Positions 9,135 through 17,963 of a stretch of 56,130 nt of DNA are shown here, piece after piece. Source of the stretch: a virus (taxonomy: Duplodnaviria > Caudoviricetes); the IMG/VR virus record IMGVR_UViG_3300022751_000019, positions 1 through 56,130 of that record. One strand, written 5' to 3'. A program made the translations under genes and the position numbers. Each line of letters starts with the position of its first letter. Within the stretch, counting starts at the first letter, position 1. The notes beneath the pieces are model-generated. The model saw only the letters and a list, made by a program, of their open reading frames with translations. It had not been told where the DNA came from and did not search any database.

Positions 9135-9454
9135 ACGCACTAGAATTATTAAACCAAGTCACAGAATACGCTAAAACATATCGTAATGATGCCATTGAAT
9201 CTATTCAAAGGAACAGGCATATGAACGAAATAGAAAAGGGTGAAGCTTTTAACCAGAGATATGTTGATGCTGTACTAGTAGACTTTATCAACTTTATAGG
9301 TGGTAGAAGCGGAATAGATTACGCCTTGTATGCAAGTGATTTAAAGCCTCCAGTTGAGAAAGCACCAAAAGAACCACTAACAGAAACGGATAGAGAATGG
9401 TTGTTACGACACATTGAGGAGAATAAAGAACATTATAGAAGAGTATTTAGCTAA
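9131..9454 (+). CDS. Hypothetical protein
   Basis: 107 aa ORF with 4-nt overlap. Confidence 0.7.
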   Translation: MNALELLNQVTEYAKTYRNDAIESIQRNRHMNEIEKGEAFNQRYVDAVLVDFINFIGGRSGIDYALYASDLKPPVEKAPKEPLTETDREWLLRHIEENKEHYRRVFS

Positions 9455-9462
9455 TTACCACA

Positions 9463-9861
9463 ATGATTAACATAAGCGAACTCCGTATAGGGAACCTCTA
9501 TCAATGGAGCGAATTAGCTTCTATGGGAAGAGGTACAGGTATTATCATGTCAGGTAAAGACATAGATATGTATTCTGAGTTTAAAAATCCTATCCCAATC
9601 ACGCGGCAATGGTTACTTGATTTAGGATTTGAAGAAATACATTTCCATGATATATCAATGCCAAGCATCCAACACTCATTATTTGGCGATACTAGAATTT
9701 CTTTTTGTGGCGTATCTGGCATGCCAAACAAACTTGCAGTCTTGGAATATTCTGATAAATTTTACAAAGGAAACTGTATTGCTGTTGTTGAATTTGTTCA
9801 TCAATTACAGAATCTTATCTACTTTCTTACAGGCAAAGAACTAGAATACAAGCCTATGTAG
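9463..9861 (+). CDS. Conserved Bacteroidota-phage hypothetical protein
   Basis: ELRIGN...PIPIT..WL..LGF...VHQLQNL.Y.LTG.EL pattern. Confidence 0.75.
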   Translation: MINISELRIGNLYQWSELASMGRGTGIIMSGKDIDMYSEFKNPIPITRQWLLDLGFEEIHFHDISMPSIQHSLFGDTRISFCGVSGMPNKLAVLEYSDKFYKGNCIAVVEFVHQLQNLIYFLTGKELEYKPM

Positions 9862-9939
9862 CCATGAAAACAAGAAGATTAAATAACCCTGACAAGCTTA
9901 TTTTAATTGCCTTATATCTTCTATTTTCATGGCTATTTT

Positions 9940-10152
9940 CTACTTTCGTAGAGTATCTTGTAAAGCTACTTTAGATTGACCACAAAACGGACAGAATTTT
10001 AACCTGTGAAATCTAGGGCCGTAACCATCCATATTAGTAGTGTAGATAGTCCATTGTCCTGACATCTTATCTATTTCTCTGGTGACAACTAATTCTTTGA
10101 AGTCTTCGCAACAGGGAGGCTCTGGGTAGTCGTAGGTATTAGGTTTGTTCAT
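9940..10152 (-). CDS. Small Cys-containing protein
   Basis: CC...FCPFCG zinc-ribbon-like motif. Confidence 0.65.
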   Translation of the reverse strand: MNKPNTYDYPEPPCCEDFKELVVTREIDKMSGQWTIYTTNMDGYGPRFHRLKFCPFCGQSKVALQDTLRK

Positions 10153-10366
10153 TTCTAGGCACGGTAAATATAAATGGCTTGTTCAAATTTTCAATCATTA
10201 ATTTGTAGCTATTTATCGACATTTCAATTTCAGAAGATTTAACCACTTGTTTAAACAATTCCTCCATAGCTGCCAATCTTTTCTTTTCTGCTTTATTATA
10301 AAAGTAATAGCTAACCGCCATGACTATCAACTCTCCTACTAAAAAACCAAAGATAAAATAAATCAT
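10139..10366 (-). CDS. Hypothetical membrane protein
   Basis: N-terminal TM. Confidence 0.6.
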   Translation of the reverse strand: MIYFIFGFLVGELIVMAVSYYFYNKAEKKRLAAMEELFKQVVKSSEIEMSINSYKLMIENLNKPFIFTVPRNEQT

Positions 10367-10875
10367 AATTTCACATCGTTTATATTTTCTAATTGATAAT
10401 CTTCAAAAGTGTTATATCCTCCACAATGAGGGCATACTTTGTCATAATAATAATCATACCCTAAATCAACTTCTTTTTCCTCTATCTCGTTAAAAGGTGT
10501 TGATTTTCCGCAATCCTCACATTTTAGTTTAGTGTTTTCATATTCGTATAAGTATTTAGAAGCTATTCCTATACTTCTGGCATCTATATTTTCACGACTA
10601 ATTTGTATAGACAGTCCTGCATAGTTTCTTGCATCTATTATAAAATCCTCATTCAAAACATTGCCACTTATTTTTACGTCTCCTTTAGCAGAATCACAAG
10701 CCTCCATACTTATAGCTGAAAATCTTTTATCTGAGCCTTTAAACAACTCAACAGCATTATGAATGTCAGTATAGAAAGAGACATAGATTTGTTTTGCACC
10801 TTGAAGAGAGTGTATTATGTTTCCATATTCTGGGTTCTCTCTAATCGTTCTTCTGTCTATTAGGATTGTTTTCAT
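10363..10875 (-). CDS. Hypothetical protein with C-terminal zinc ribbon
   Basis: CEDC...CPHC. Confidence 0.7.
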   Translation of the reverse strand: MKTILIDRRTIRENPEYGNIIHSLQGAKQIYVSFYTDIHNAVELFKGSDKRFSAISMEACDSAKGDVKISGNVLNEDFIIDARNYAGLSIQISRENIDARSIGIASKYLYEYENTKLKCEDCGKSTPFNEIEEKEVDLGYDYYYDKVCPHCGGYNTFEDYQLENINDVKL

Positions 10876-11093
10876 CTTTTAATTTGAATTACAAAATAAT
10901 ACCCATTCCATATAAACGGTATCTTAAAACTAATCATTAAGTTTCTTGGATACTTTGGTATAGGTGCTACACAGATAAACTCAATAAGCACTAATTGAAT
11001 ATAAAAGGAAATACCAAAATGCCCCTTGTGGACTTTTATACCAAAGTCTAAATCCTCTTTCCCATGAGTTGATTTTAATAGTGTAATCTTCAT
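10872..11093 (-). CDS. Hypothetical protein
   Basis: 73 aa ORF, overlapping stop/start. Confidence 0.55.
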   Translation of the reverse strand: MKITLLKSTHGKEDLDFGIKVHKGHFGISFYIQLVLIEFICVAPIPKYPRNLMISFKIPFIWNGYYFVIQIKR

Positions 11094-11102
11094 ATATTGT
11101 CC

Positions 11103-11276
11103 CTAGGTTATACCATAAGCCCGTTTATACTCTCCGTAAGTAATAACAGAATAGGGTTTCTTATTAAGCTTTTTTCTAATCAAAGTTCTGACGTTGCCAG
11201 CACCGCCAAGCGTAATGTTCTTGATGTCTGCAATATCCTGTGTACTTAGTTCTGTTTGGTCTGTAAATATCTTCAT
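11103..11276 (-). CDS. Small HTH-like protein (57 aa, not in ORF track)
   Basis: Hand translation MKIFTDQTELSTQDIADIKNITLGGAGNVRTLIRKKLNKKPYSVITYGEYKRAYGIT. Confidence 0.55.
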   Translation of the reverse strand: MKIFTDQTELSTQDIADIKNITLGGAGNVRTLIRKKLNKKPYSVITYGEYKRAYGIT

Positions 11277-11341
11277 GATTTATAATAGATGTTCATGATT
11301 GTAGTGCAAGATATAGCATATAATTGAAATATTTTTAAATT

Positions 11342-12106
11342 TTGTCAAAAATAAATAATGAATCATTGAAAGCGGCTACCTTTAAAAGTATACCTACCGA
11401 GATTATAGATATAGACCATTCAAAAAGAACGGTTGTAGCTTATGTATCTAAGTTTGGCAATATCGACCTTGATGGCGATATGATGATGCAGGGCTGTTAC
11501 AAAAAAAGCATTCAGCAAAGGGGTAAATCTGGCACGGATGAACTTTTGCATCTTTCTTCTCATAGAATGCTACCTGAGTATGTATTATCTAAGCCAGACT
11601 TTGAAGAGGATAGTTTCGGCCTTAAAATGATTTCTACACTTAGGAATACCCAGCACGCCAACGATATTTTAGAAGGCTATCAATCAGGTATCTGGAACCA
11701 GCATAGCGTCATGTTTAGCGGTGTTAAAGGTAAGTACGAACTAAAGAAAGATTTGTCAGGACAGGAGTATGTGGCCTACTATGAAACAAAACTTTATGAA
11801 GGCTCTACCGTAGTACTGGGTGCTAATCCAGAAACACCAACCGTAGAGTTGAAAAGTATATTTAAAGAGTTTTATCAGAATGATATTAAAAAGGCTTTTG
11901 AGCAGTTAAACAGGCTGCAAAACGCCTATCAGAAAGGAAACTTTACTGACGATTTTTATTCCCTTATCGAAATTCAAACAAAACTTATAGAATCGTTCGT
12001 AGAAGAAATTATAACAAAAAGCATTGAACCGCAGGTAAGCATTCAACCGCAAGTAGATAACTCTGGATACGACTTGGTAAAATGGTTTTTAAATAAAAAT
12101 ATCTAA
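11342..12106 (+). CDS. HK97-family prohead protease
   Basis: FGNIDLDGD, His (SSHR), Ser (QHSVMF), YEGSTVVLGANP; precedes capsid; exact start uncertain. Confidence 0.92.
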   Translation: MSKINNESLKAATFKSIPTEIIDIDHSKRTVVAYVSKFGNIDLDGDMMMQGCYKKSIQQRGKSGTDELLHLSSHRMLPEYVLSKPDFEEDSFGLKMISTLRNTQHANDILEGYQSGIWNQHSVMFSGVKGKYELKKDLSGQEYVAYYETKLYEGSTVVLGANPETPTVELKSIFKEFYQNDIKKAFEQLNRLQNAYQKGNFTDDFYSLIEIQTKLIESFVEEIITKSIEPQVSIQPQVDNSGYDLVKWFLNKNI

Positions 12107-12111
12107 AACAA

Positions 12112-13389
12112 ATGGAACAATTAACAATAGCTGACGCCCAGAGTTTAATAGAAAAAGGAATGTCAATCCATAAAGAAAGGGTTGATACGATTAACAGAGA
12201 CCTTGATACACTACAAAAACAGCTCGAAAAAGCAGAAGAGACCATTAAAAATAACGGCTCAGTTGACCCTACCTTGATTACACAAATCAAGAATTTCATG
12301 GAGCAGTCTCAGGAGAGACACGAAAAACTAGCCAAACAACAAGATGCTACAGAGCTTATGTTGAAAGGTGGTCGTTTTACAGGCTTAAATCAAAAATCTG
12401 CCGAACAAAGATTTATTGAAGAGTTATCAAAAGACACTGATTATATTCAACAATTGAGAATCAAGTCTTTAAACTCAAAGAGTTTTAATTTAGGTTTCGG
12501 ACAAGAGTTTATTCAGTCAAAATCAGTAGCTAATGTAACACTAGGGAATGTGACTGGTGTTTTACCTGCCGAATATAACAATACCATTGTGCATGCTCCA
12601 GAAAGAGAAATGCACATGCGTAATATTATACGCCAATCGCCATTAACTGGTGCAACGTATTCTTATCCTGTTTATACTTTAAAAGAAGGTGCGGCAGGTA
12701 TTCAAACAGAAGGAAGTGCTAAAGCAACTGCTGATTTTAATATCGTATTCAAAAACGAAGTACCTGTTGTTATTGCAGTAACAGAAACCTTGTCAGAACA
12801 AATATTAGATGATATTCCAGGGCTTCTTTCTTTCATTTCTAACAGAATGATTGAGTTGTTGCTTTTGAAAGAAGATGATGAGATTCTAAACGGGGCAGGT
12901 GGTTCAAATCGCTTGAATGGTATTATCACACAAGCAACTGCATTTGTGCCAACTGGTACAGCTAATACAGCCAATGCAGATAGATTTGCTTACTTGTTTA
13001 GTGCTATCTCTCAACTTTTACAGTTGAATCGTAAAATCAATGGTATTGTTTTAAATCCTTACGGATACTTTGAGTTATTGCAAGTTAAAACTACTCAAAA
13101 AGAGTATACCTCACCGTATGCTGCCGTAACATGGATTAATAACACTTTACGTTTAGCTGGTATTCCAATTTACATGACAACTGCTTTAGGAGCTAATAAC
13201 TTCTTGGTGGGTGACTGGAATCAAGCCGAATTGAAAATGAAGAACGATATTAACGTAGCCATTTCTAACGAACACGGTACTAATTTTACTCAAAACTTAG
13301 TAACGATTCGTGTGGAAGAAAGACTTGGTTTAGCTGTATATCAGCCTGCATCATTTGTCTATGGGTCATGGACAGCATTATCGTCATAA
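12112..13389 (+). CDS. Major capsid protein, HK97 fold
   Basis: N-terminal coiled-coil delta domain, EG.AK, SEQILDD, ILNGAG, GDW, F.QNLVTIRVEER. Confidence 0.95.
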   Translation: MEQLTIADAQSLIEKGMSIHKERVDTINRDLDTLQKQLEKAEETIKNNGSVDPTLITQIKNFMEQSQERHEKLAKQQDATELMLKGGRFTGLNQKSAEQRFIEELSKDTDYIQQLRIKSLNSKSFNLGFGQEFIQSKSVANVTLGNVTGVLPAEYNNTIVHAPEREMHMRNIIRQSPLTGATYSYPVYTLKEGAAGIQTEGSAKATADFNIVFKNEVPVVIAVTETLSEQILDDIPGLLSFISNRMIELLLLKEDDEILNGAGGSNRLNGIITQATAFVPTGTANTANADRFAYLFSAISQLLQLNRKINGIVLNPYGYFELLQVKTTQKEYTSPYAAVTWINNTLRLAGIPIYMTTALGANNFLVGDWNQAELKMKNDINVAISNEHGTNFTQNLVTIRVEERLGLAVYQPASFVYGSWTALSS

Positions 13390-14009
13390 AAAATAAGGAA
13401 ACGAAGGAGGCTGTTATTCCTCCTTCGTTTATCCAAAAAACAATCGTTCTTAATTTAGATGAGAGATTAGATAGATTAGGCGATGTATCAAGAGAATTGA
13501 GTAATTTAGGAATTGAGTTTGAAAGGTTTTCAGCTATTAAACACGACATAGGATGGACAGGATATAATCAATCAATCCTTAAAATCTTAGAAGAGAATCA
13601 AGAAGTTGAGAATTTATTTTTAGTTGAGGACGATTGCAAATTTATTAGTGATTTATCTCATATTAAAAAGGCGATAAAAGAACTACCAAATGATTTTGAT
13701 GCTTTATGGTTAGGGTCTAACCTTCAAGCGGTTCATACAAGAAAATATAGTTCACATTTGTATGAATTAGAAAACGGATGGAACACCCACGCTATTGTAA
13801 CGACAAAGAAATTCAGGGACTGGTGTTTAGAGTATTGGGACAAAGAAATAGTATTCGATGAGTTTCTAAGGATAACAGCCCAGCCATTAAAGAAATGTTT
13901 CGTAGTATATCCAATGGTAGCGATTCAAAAAGCGTCCTTTTCAAATATAATCAATGGGTTTGCCGACTATGAGGAAGTATTTAGACAGGCACAAAATAAA
14001 TTTGCATGA
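13368..14009 (+). CDS. Glycosyltransferase family 25-like
   Basis: VLNLDER.DR, FERFSAI, LVEDD, FDALWLG, THA. Confidence 0.85.
   Translation: MDSIIVIKNKETKEAVIPPSFIQKTIVLNLDERLDRLGDVSRELSNLGIEFERFSAIKHDIGWTGYNQSILKILEENQEVENLFLVEDDCKFISDLSHIKKAIKELPNDFDALWLGSNLQAVHTRKYSSHLYELENGWNTHAIVTTKKFRDWCLEYWDKEIVFDEFLRITAQPLKKCFVVYPMVAIQKASFSNIINGFADYEEVFRQAQNKFA
13399..13430 (+). terminator. 12-bp hairpin after capsid stop (weak terminator or mRNA stabiliser)
   Basis: AAACGAAGGAGG-ctgttatt-CCTCCTTCGTTT. Confidence 0.55.
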
Positions 14010-14968
14010 ATATTTTATTTCATCTTCACGCCTACCCCAATGAAGTTTTAGCAGGAGCCGAGACAATGGCTCATAGAATAGCAAAGTATTTACAAAGCGT
14101 AGGACACAGTGTTAAGGTCTACTCGCAGACGGCAAAAGAGCCAAGAAAGTTCGTTGATAATATAGAGGTGTTAAGATTTGAATCTGGTACAGATGATTCC
14201 GAGAATTGGAAATGGGCGGATTTAGTATTTACTCATTTAGGAGCAACTTATTATTGCTTAAATAAATCAAGATGGTATTCTAAGAAACTGGTTCACCTGA
14301 TACATAATAGCTTTGGCGACCATCTGGTAAGTGTAAGAGTAAAGAATAATTTCTTAGTATACAATTCCGAATATGTCAAAAGGGTTTTAAAATACGAGCA
14401 TCCAAGTTGTATTTGTATTCCTCCAGTAGACTATAGAGAATACCAGAACGTTAAACCTAAAGGCAATTATATTACCCTTGTAAATTTGAATGAAAATAAA
14501 GGAGGGCAGATATTAATTGAACTAGCTAAAAGATTGCCTCAATACCAGTTTTTAGGTGTTACAGGCGGTTATTATGACCAGATTAAGGAAAAGCTACCTA
14601 ATCTGAAATACATCGAGCCACAAAGCAATATAAAGGTAGCTTATGAACAGTCTAAGATTGTAATAATGCCATCAGAATATGAATCTTACGGGCAGGTGGC
14701 TATTGAAGCGATTAGTTGCGGTATTCCAGTAATCAGTTCTAAAGCACAGGGATTAGTTGAAGCTTTGTCTTATGCAGGCACACCGATTGATAGAACCGAT
14801 TTAAACGCATGGTGTGAGGCAATAATTAAATTAATGAGTGATAATGAGTATTACAAAAGAAAGTCCTTAGAATCGCTTAAAAGAGCCAAAGAACTTGACC
14901 CTTTAAATTATTTGAACGGATTAAATGATTTTCTTACACAAATATATAAAATATCATGGCAAGAGTAA
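14006..14968 (+). CDS. Glycosyltransferase family 4 (GT-B)
   Basis: GAE..A, GHSV.V, YNSE, NKGG, PSEYESYGQVAIEAISCGIPVI (EX7E). Confidence 0.92.
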   Translation: MNILFHLHAYPNEVLAGAETMAHRIAKYLQSVGHSVKVYSQTAKEPRKFVDNIEVLRFESGTDDSENWKWADLVFTHLGATYYCLNKSRWYSKKLVHLIHNSFGDHLVSVRVKNNFLVYNSEYVKRVLKYEHPSCICIPPVDYREYQNVKPKGNYITLVNLNENKGGQILIELAKRLPQYQFLGVTGGYYDQIKEKLPNLKYIEPQSNIKVAYEQSKIVIMPSEYESYGQVAIEAISCGIPVISSKAQGLVEALSYAGTPIDRTDLNAWCEAIIKLMSDNEYYKRKSLESLKRAKELDPLNYLNGLNDFLTQIYKISWQE

Positions 14969-15132
14969 GAGCATTAAAAGACCTTCATGGATCAACAGTA
15001 ACTCCAGCAGGAGAAGAAACAGACATGGACGACGAAAGAGCTGAATTTCACAAGAAATTAGGCAATGTTGAAATAGTAAAGACTAAAGAATTAAAAATAA
15101 AAGTAGACAATGGGAGTAACAACGCTAATTGA
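14956..15132 (+). CDS. Small head-associated hypothetical protein (58 aa, not in ORF track)
   Basis: Hand translation MARVRALKDLHGSTVTPAGEETDMDDERAEFHKKLGNVEIVKTKELKIKVDNGSNNAN; fills the gap before the connector gene. Confidence 0.65.
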   Translation: MARVRALKDLHGSTVTPAGEETDMDDERAEFHKKLGNVEIVKTKELKIKVDNGSNNAN

Positions 15133-15646
15133 TGTATCTTTTTCAGACGAACAGTCTGAGGTAATTGATTTGGATTACCTTAAAAGATATATGACAATTG
15201 AGACAGATACCCATGATGTACTTTTAAACGATTTGATTAAATCAGCCAGGACTGAAGTAGAAAAACTAGGCGGTATATCTATTGTTGAAAAAACAATCCG
15301 TGCCGAATGGGAACAGGCTTATGAATACGTAAGATTGCCTTACCCTAAGATTAAGTCTATTACCTCGCTGAAAGATGGAGAATCTACTTCTTTGGATATT
15401 ACTAATTATAATGTCAGGGGACAAGACAAAAAAACTATTTACGGGAATTTCTCTACAGGATTGGTAGTTGAATATGTGGCAGGATATGGAGACGACACAC
15501 CAGAAGACTTAAAGTTAGCTATTGCTAAAAAAGTATCTGAAGACTTTGAACAAAGAACAGGGATTGCCTTAGAGTCAAATAGTTTACTCCCTAATAACTG
15601 GAGACCAACAGTAATAAATTATAGACCTACATGGATGATGTTTTAA
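15110..15646 (+). CDS. Head-tail connector (HK97 gp6-like)
   Basis: LKRYM.IE...D.LL..LI.SAR, LP..., YVAGYG..P.DLK.AI. Confidence 0.88.
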   Translation: MGVTTLIDVSFSDEQSEVIDLDYLKRYMTIETDTHDVLLNDLIKSARTEVEKLGGISIVEKTIRAEWEQAYEYVRLPYPKIKSITSLKDGESTSLDITNYNVRGQDKKTIYGNFSTGLVVEYVAGYGDDTPEDLKLAIAKKVSEDFEQRTGIALESNSLLPNNWRPTVINYRPTWMMF

Positions 15647-15972
15647 GACTCAATGCAGGGGATTTAAGAGATAGAATAGAGTTTTATACTACCTCTGCTG
15701 TTAAAGATGATGGAGGGGGTTTTCCTACAAGTACCAAGACTTTAGCTTTTTCAATGCTTGCTAAGGTTTTACCTAAGGGGAGTTTAAAAACCTATGAGGG
15801 TGAAAATACAGAGTACATTGAGACATGGAGAGTTAGAATCAGGTACGAAAACGGTAGAGTCCCATTTGAACAAATGTTAGTTAAATTCAGAGACGACTGG
15901 TTTTCAATATTAGGCATACAAAATTTAAAAGCCCGAAATTTAGTTTTAGAACTTATTATAGCAAGAAAATGA
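15631..15972 (+). CDS. Head closure / head-tail adaptor (SPP1 gp16-like)
   Basis: AGDLRDRI, D.GGG, IRY; gene order. Confidence 0.85.
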   Translation: MDDVLRLNAGDLRDRIEFYTTSAVKDDGGGFPTSTKTLAFSMLAKVLPKGSLKTYEGENTEYIETWRVRIRYENGRVPFEQMLVKFRDDWFSILGIQNLKARNLVLELIIARK

Positions 15973-16412
15973 AAGGCGAATTAAAGGGACTAAGTACTAT
16001 TTTGAGGAATTATAAAATCTATTCTCAAAAACTAAAGCAAGACCTTTTATATGAAGTTCAAAGAGCAGCGTTAAGTGTTGAAAGAAAAGCTAAATCAAGA
16101 GTGGTGGTAGACACAGGGAAGCTAAAACAGTCTATTTACAGTAAAATGGATTTTAGAAAAGGTACAGCCCTGATAGGTGCAACAGAATCATACGCTGCCT
16201 ATGTAGAATTTGGAACAGGTGGTTTAGTAAGTGTACCAAATGGTTATGATACTTTTGCTAATCAATTTAAAGGAAAGGGCTTAAAAAAGATTAACAGACG
16301 ACCTAAACCCTTTTTAATTCCGTCTTTTTTAGAAGAACAACAGGTATTTAAGGGCAATGTAAGGGTGATATTAAATAAGTATAGTGGTTTGAAGTCAATC
16401 AAAAGGTTATGA
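15969..16412 (+). CDS. HK97 gp10-family neck protein
   Basis: VDTGKLKQSI, YAAYVEFGT, PKPFLIPS. Confidence 0.9.
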   Translation: MKGELKGLSTILRNYKIYSQKLKQDLLYEVQRAALSVERKAKSRVVVDTGKLKQSIYSKMDFRKGTALIGATESYAAYVEFGTGGLVSVPNGYDTFANQFKGKGLKKINRRPKPFLIPSFLEEQQVFKGNVRVILNKYSGLKSIKRL

Positions 16413-16831
16413 AAGATACCAGTTTCCCTTTAAGGCGAGCATACAACACTTTAATTACAGGATTAGGTTACACCTCTTTTGATTTAAAGGCTCCAGATAA
16501 TACGCCTAAACCTTATGTAATACTAGGTAGCCAAACCTCACAAAGTGAAGACGACAAAGACAGGTTTAATAACAGGTGTACCATTAATTTAGATATTATC
16601 ACCTCATTTGATGACCAGTACACAGGCAGAAAGGGTTTAGATTTAATGGTAGACGCAATTTTAAGTGCAGCATTGCCAGCCCCTGGACAAACACCAATTA
16701 GTTTAAGTGGATTTAATATTTATAGCAGTAAAAAAATTATAGATTTTGATTTTCCACCAGTTCAGAACGATACGCAGACTATTTTAAGAAGAATTATTAC
16801 AATTGAACATTTATTAGAGCAATTAAATTAA
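16409..16831 (+). CDS. Tail completion/terminator protein (DUF3168-like)
   Basis: P...PYVILG motif; position before tail tube. Confidence 0.8.
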   Translation: MKDTSFPLRRAYNTLITGLGYTSFDLKAPDNTPKPYVILGSQTSQSEDDKDRFNNRCTINLDIITSFDDQYTGRKGLDLMVDAILSAALPAPGQTPISLSGFNIYSSKKIIDFDFPPVQNDTQTILRRIITIEHLLEQLN

Positions 16832-16840
16832 ATATAGAAA

Positions 16841-17263
16841 ATGGCAAAATCAAATGCAAGTTCGCACAAATTGTATTTAGTTGAATCAACAGTAGCGAAA
16901 CTGGTTGCGGAACTAACATCAATACAGCTTACTTTTAACGGTGACATTATAGACTTAACCTCTAAGGATAATAACGGATTCCGTGACATCTTAGTAGGGC
17001 TAATGTCTTTCTCGTTAAATGTAGAGGGTTTTGTTGATTTTCAGCCTGGTACAGATAACCGAAACTTTGATGAAATCATGACCGCAGCAAGAGCAAGAAC
17101 GCTTAGTACGCTTCTTTTGAAAAATGCTACTTCTGGAGATTCAACACATCAGGGAACGGCTTATGTAACTAATCTTGAATTAACCTCAGGTATGGAAACG
17201 GGGCTTACATTCTCTGCTACTTTTGAGTTTAAAGGAGATTTAACTGTAGGTGTAGTATCATAA
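16841..17263 (+). CDS. Major tail tube protein (TP901-1-like)
   Basis: IDLTSKD..G.R..L.GL.SFS...EG, G.AYVT, TFSATF..KG. Confidence 0.9.
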   Translation: MAKSNASSHKLYLVESTVAKLVAELTSIQLTFNGDIIDLTSKDNNGFRDILVGLMSFSLNVEGFVDFQPGTDNRNFDEIMTAARARTLSTLLLKNATSGDSTHQGTAYVTNLELTSGMETGLTFSATFEFKGDLTVGVVS

Positions 17264-17264
17264 T

Positions 17265-17681
17265 ATGAGAGGATATTTCGACACACCAGGATTAGGAAAA
17301 TGTTTAGTAGGTACTTATACTATAAGAAAACTTACTAAGCATTTTAACTGTACAGCTAATGAACTAGGGCTACTCCCATCTAAGCCAGGCGTTGGGGTAG
17401 AGGTAATTTCTTATCTGGTTAAATTCTCTTATGAGAACGCACAGATACAGGAAAAGGGTATTGGAGGAATGATTGAAAAGCCCTTAGAGGAAATAGAAAA
17501 CGTTATCGACTCAATAGAGGATGATAGCGAGTTTTATCCAAGTATGTTTGAAGCCCTAAGCCTTTCTCTTTGGGGGAAAACTTTAGAAGAAGTAAAAGGC
17601 GAACAACTACCAGAACAGACCGAAGAGGCAAAAAAAAAGAATACGACCACCACGAGTTCTGGAAAGAAATCGACAAAATAG
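17265..17681 (+). CDS. Tail assembly chaperone (gpG-like)
   Basis: Between tail tube and tape measure; slippery site near the 3' end. Confidence 0.75.
   Translation: MRGYFDTPGLGKCLVGTYTIRKLTKHFNCTANELGLLPSKPGVGVEVISYLVKFSYENAQIQEKGIGGMIEKPLEEIENVIDSIEDDSEFYPSMFEALSLSLWGKTLEEVKGEQLPEQTEEAKKKNTTTTSSGKKSTK
17633..17639 (+). other. Programmed -1 ribosomal frameshift site A AAA AAG
   Basis: In frame with the 17265 ORF; the -1 frame stays open to 17962. Confidence 0.8.
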
Positions 17682-17962
17682 CAATCAAGCGTTTTATAAA
17701 ACCCCGAGAACTGGATTGTTTAACACTTTACGAAATTGGGCTTACCGTAGAAGTAATTAACGAAGAAGCGGAGTTTGAATTATTTAAACTAAGAAGGATT
17801 TGCTACTTTATTGTTAATGCCAATTCTACTAAGCATATTGAAGAAAAAACATTATGGGGTTTACCATCGGAGGGAAACCAGATAAACTACGTTAAGAAAT
17901 ACGAAACAGAATACGCAGAACGGCAATTGCAATTAATGCGTAATAAAAGAAAATCTTCATAA
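17640..17962 (+). CDS. Tail assembly chaperone gpGT C-terminal part (via -1 frameshift)
   Basis: ORF 17570..17962 is in the -1 frame and ends immediately before the tape measure gene. Confidence 0.7.
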
Positions 17963-17963
17963 A

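Noticed and set aside
13368-13395. Capsid-GT25 fusion by -1 frameshift
   Set aside because: GT25 is in the -1 frame and a hairpin follows, but there is no XXXYYYZ slippery heptamer before the capsid stop.
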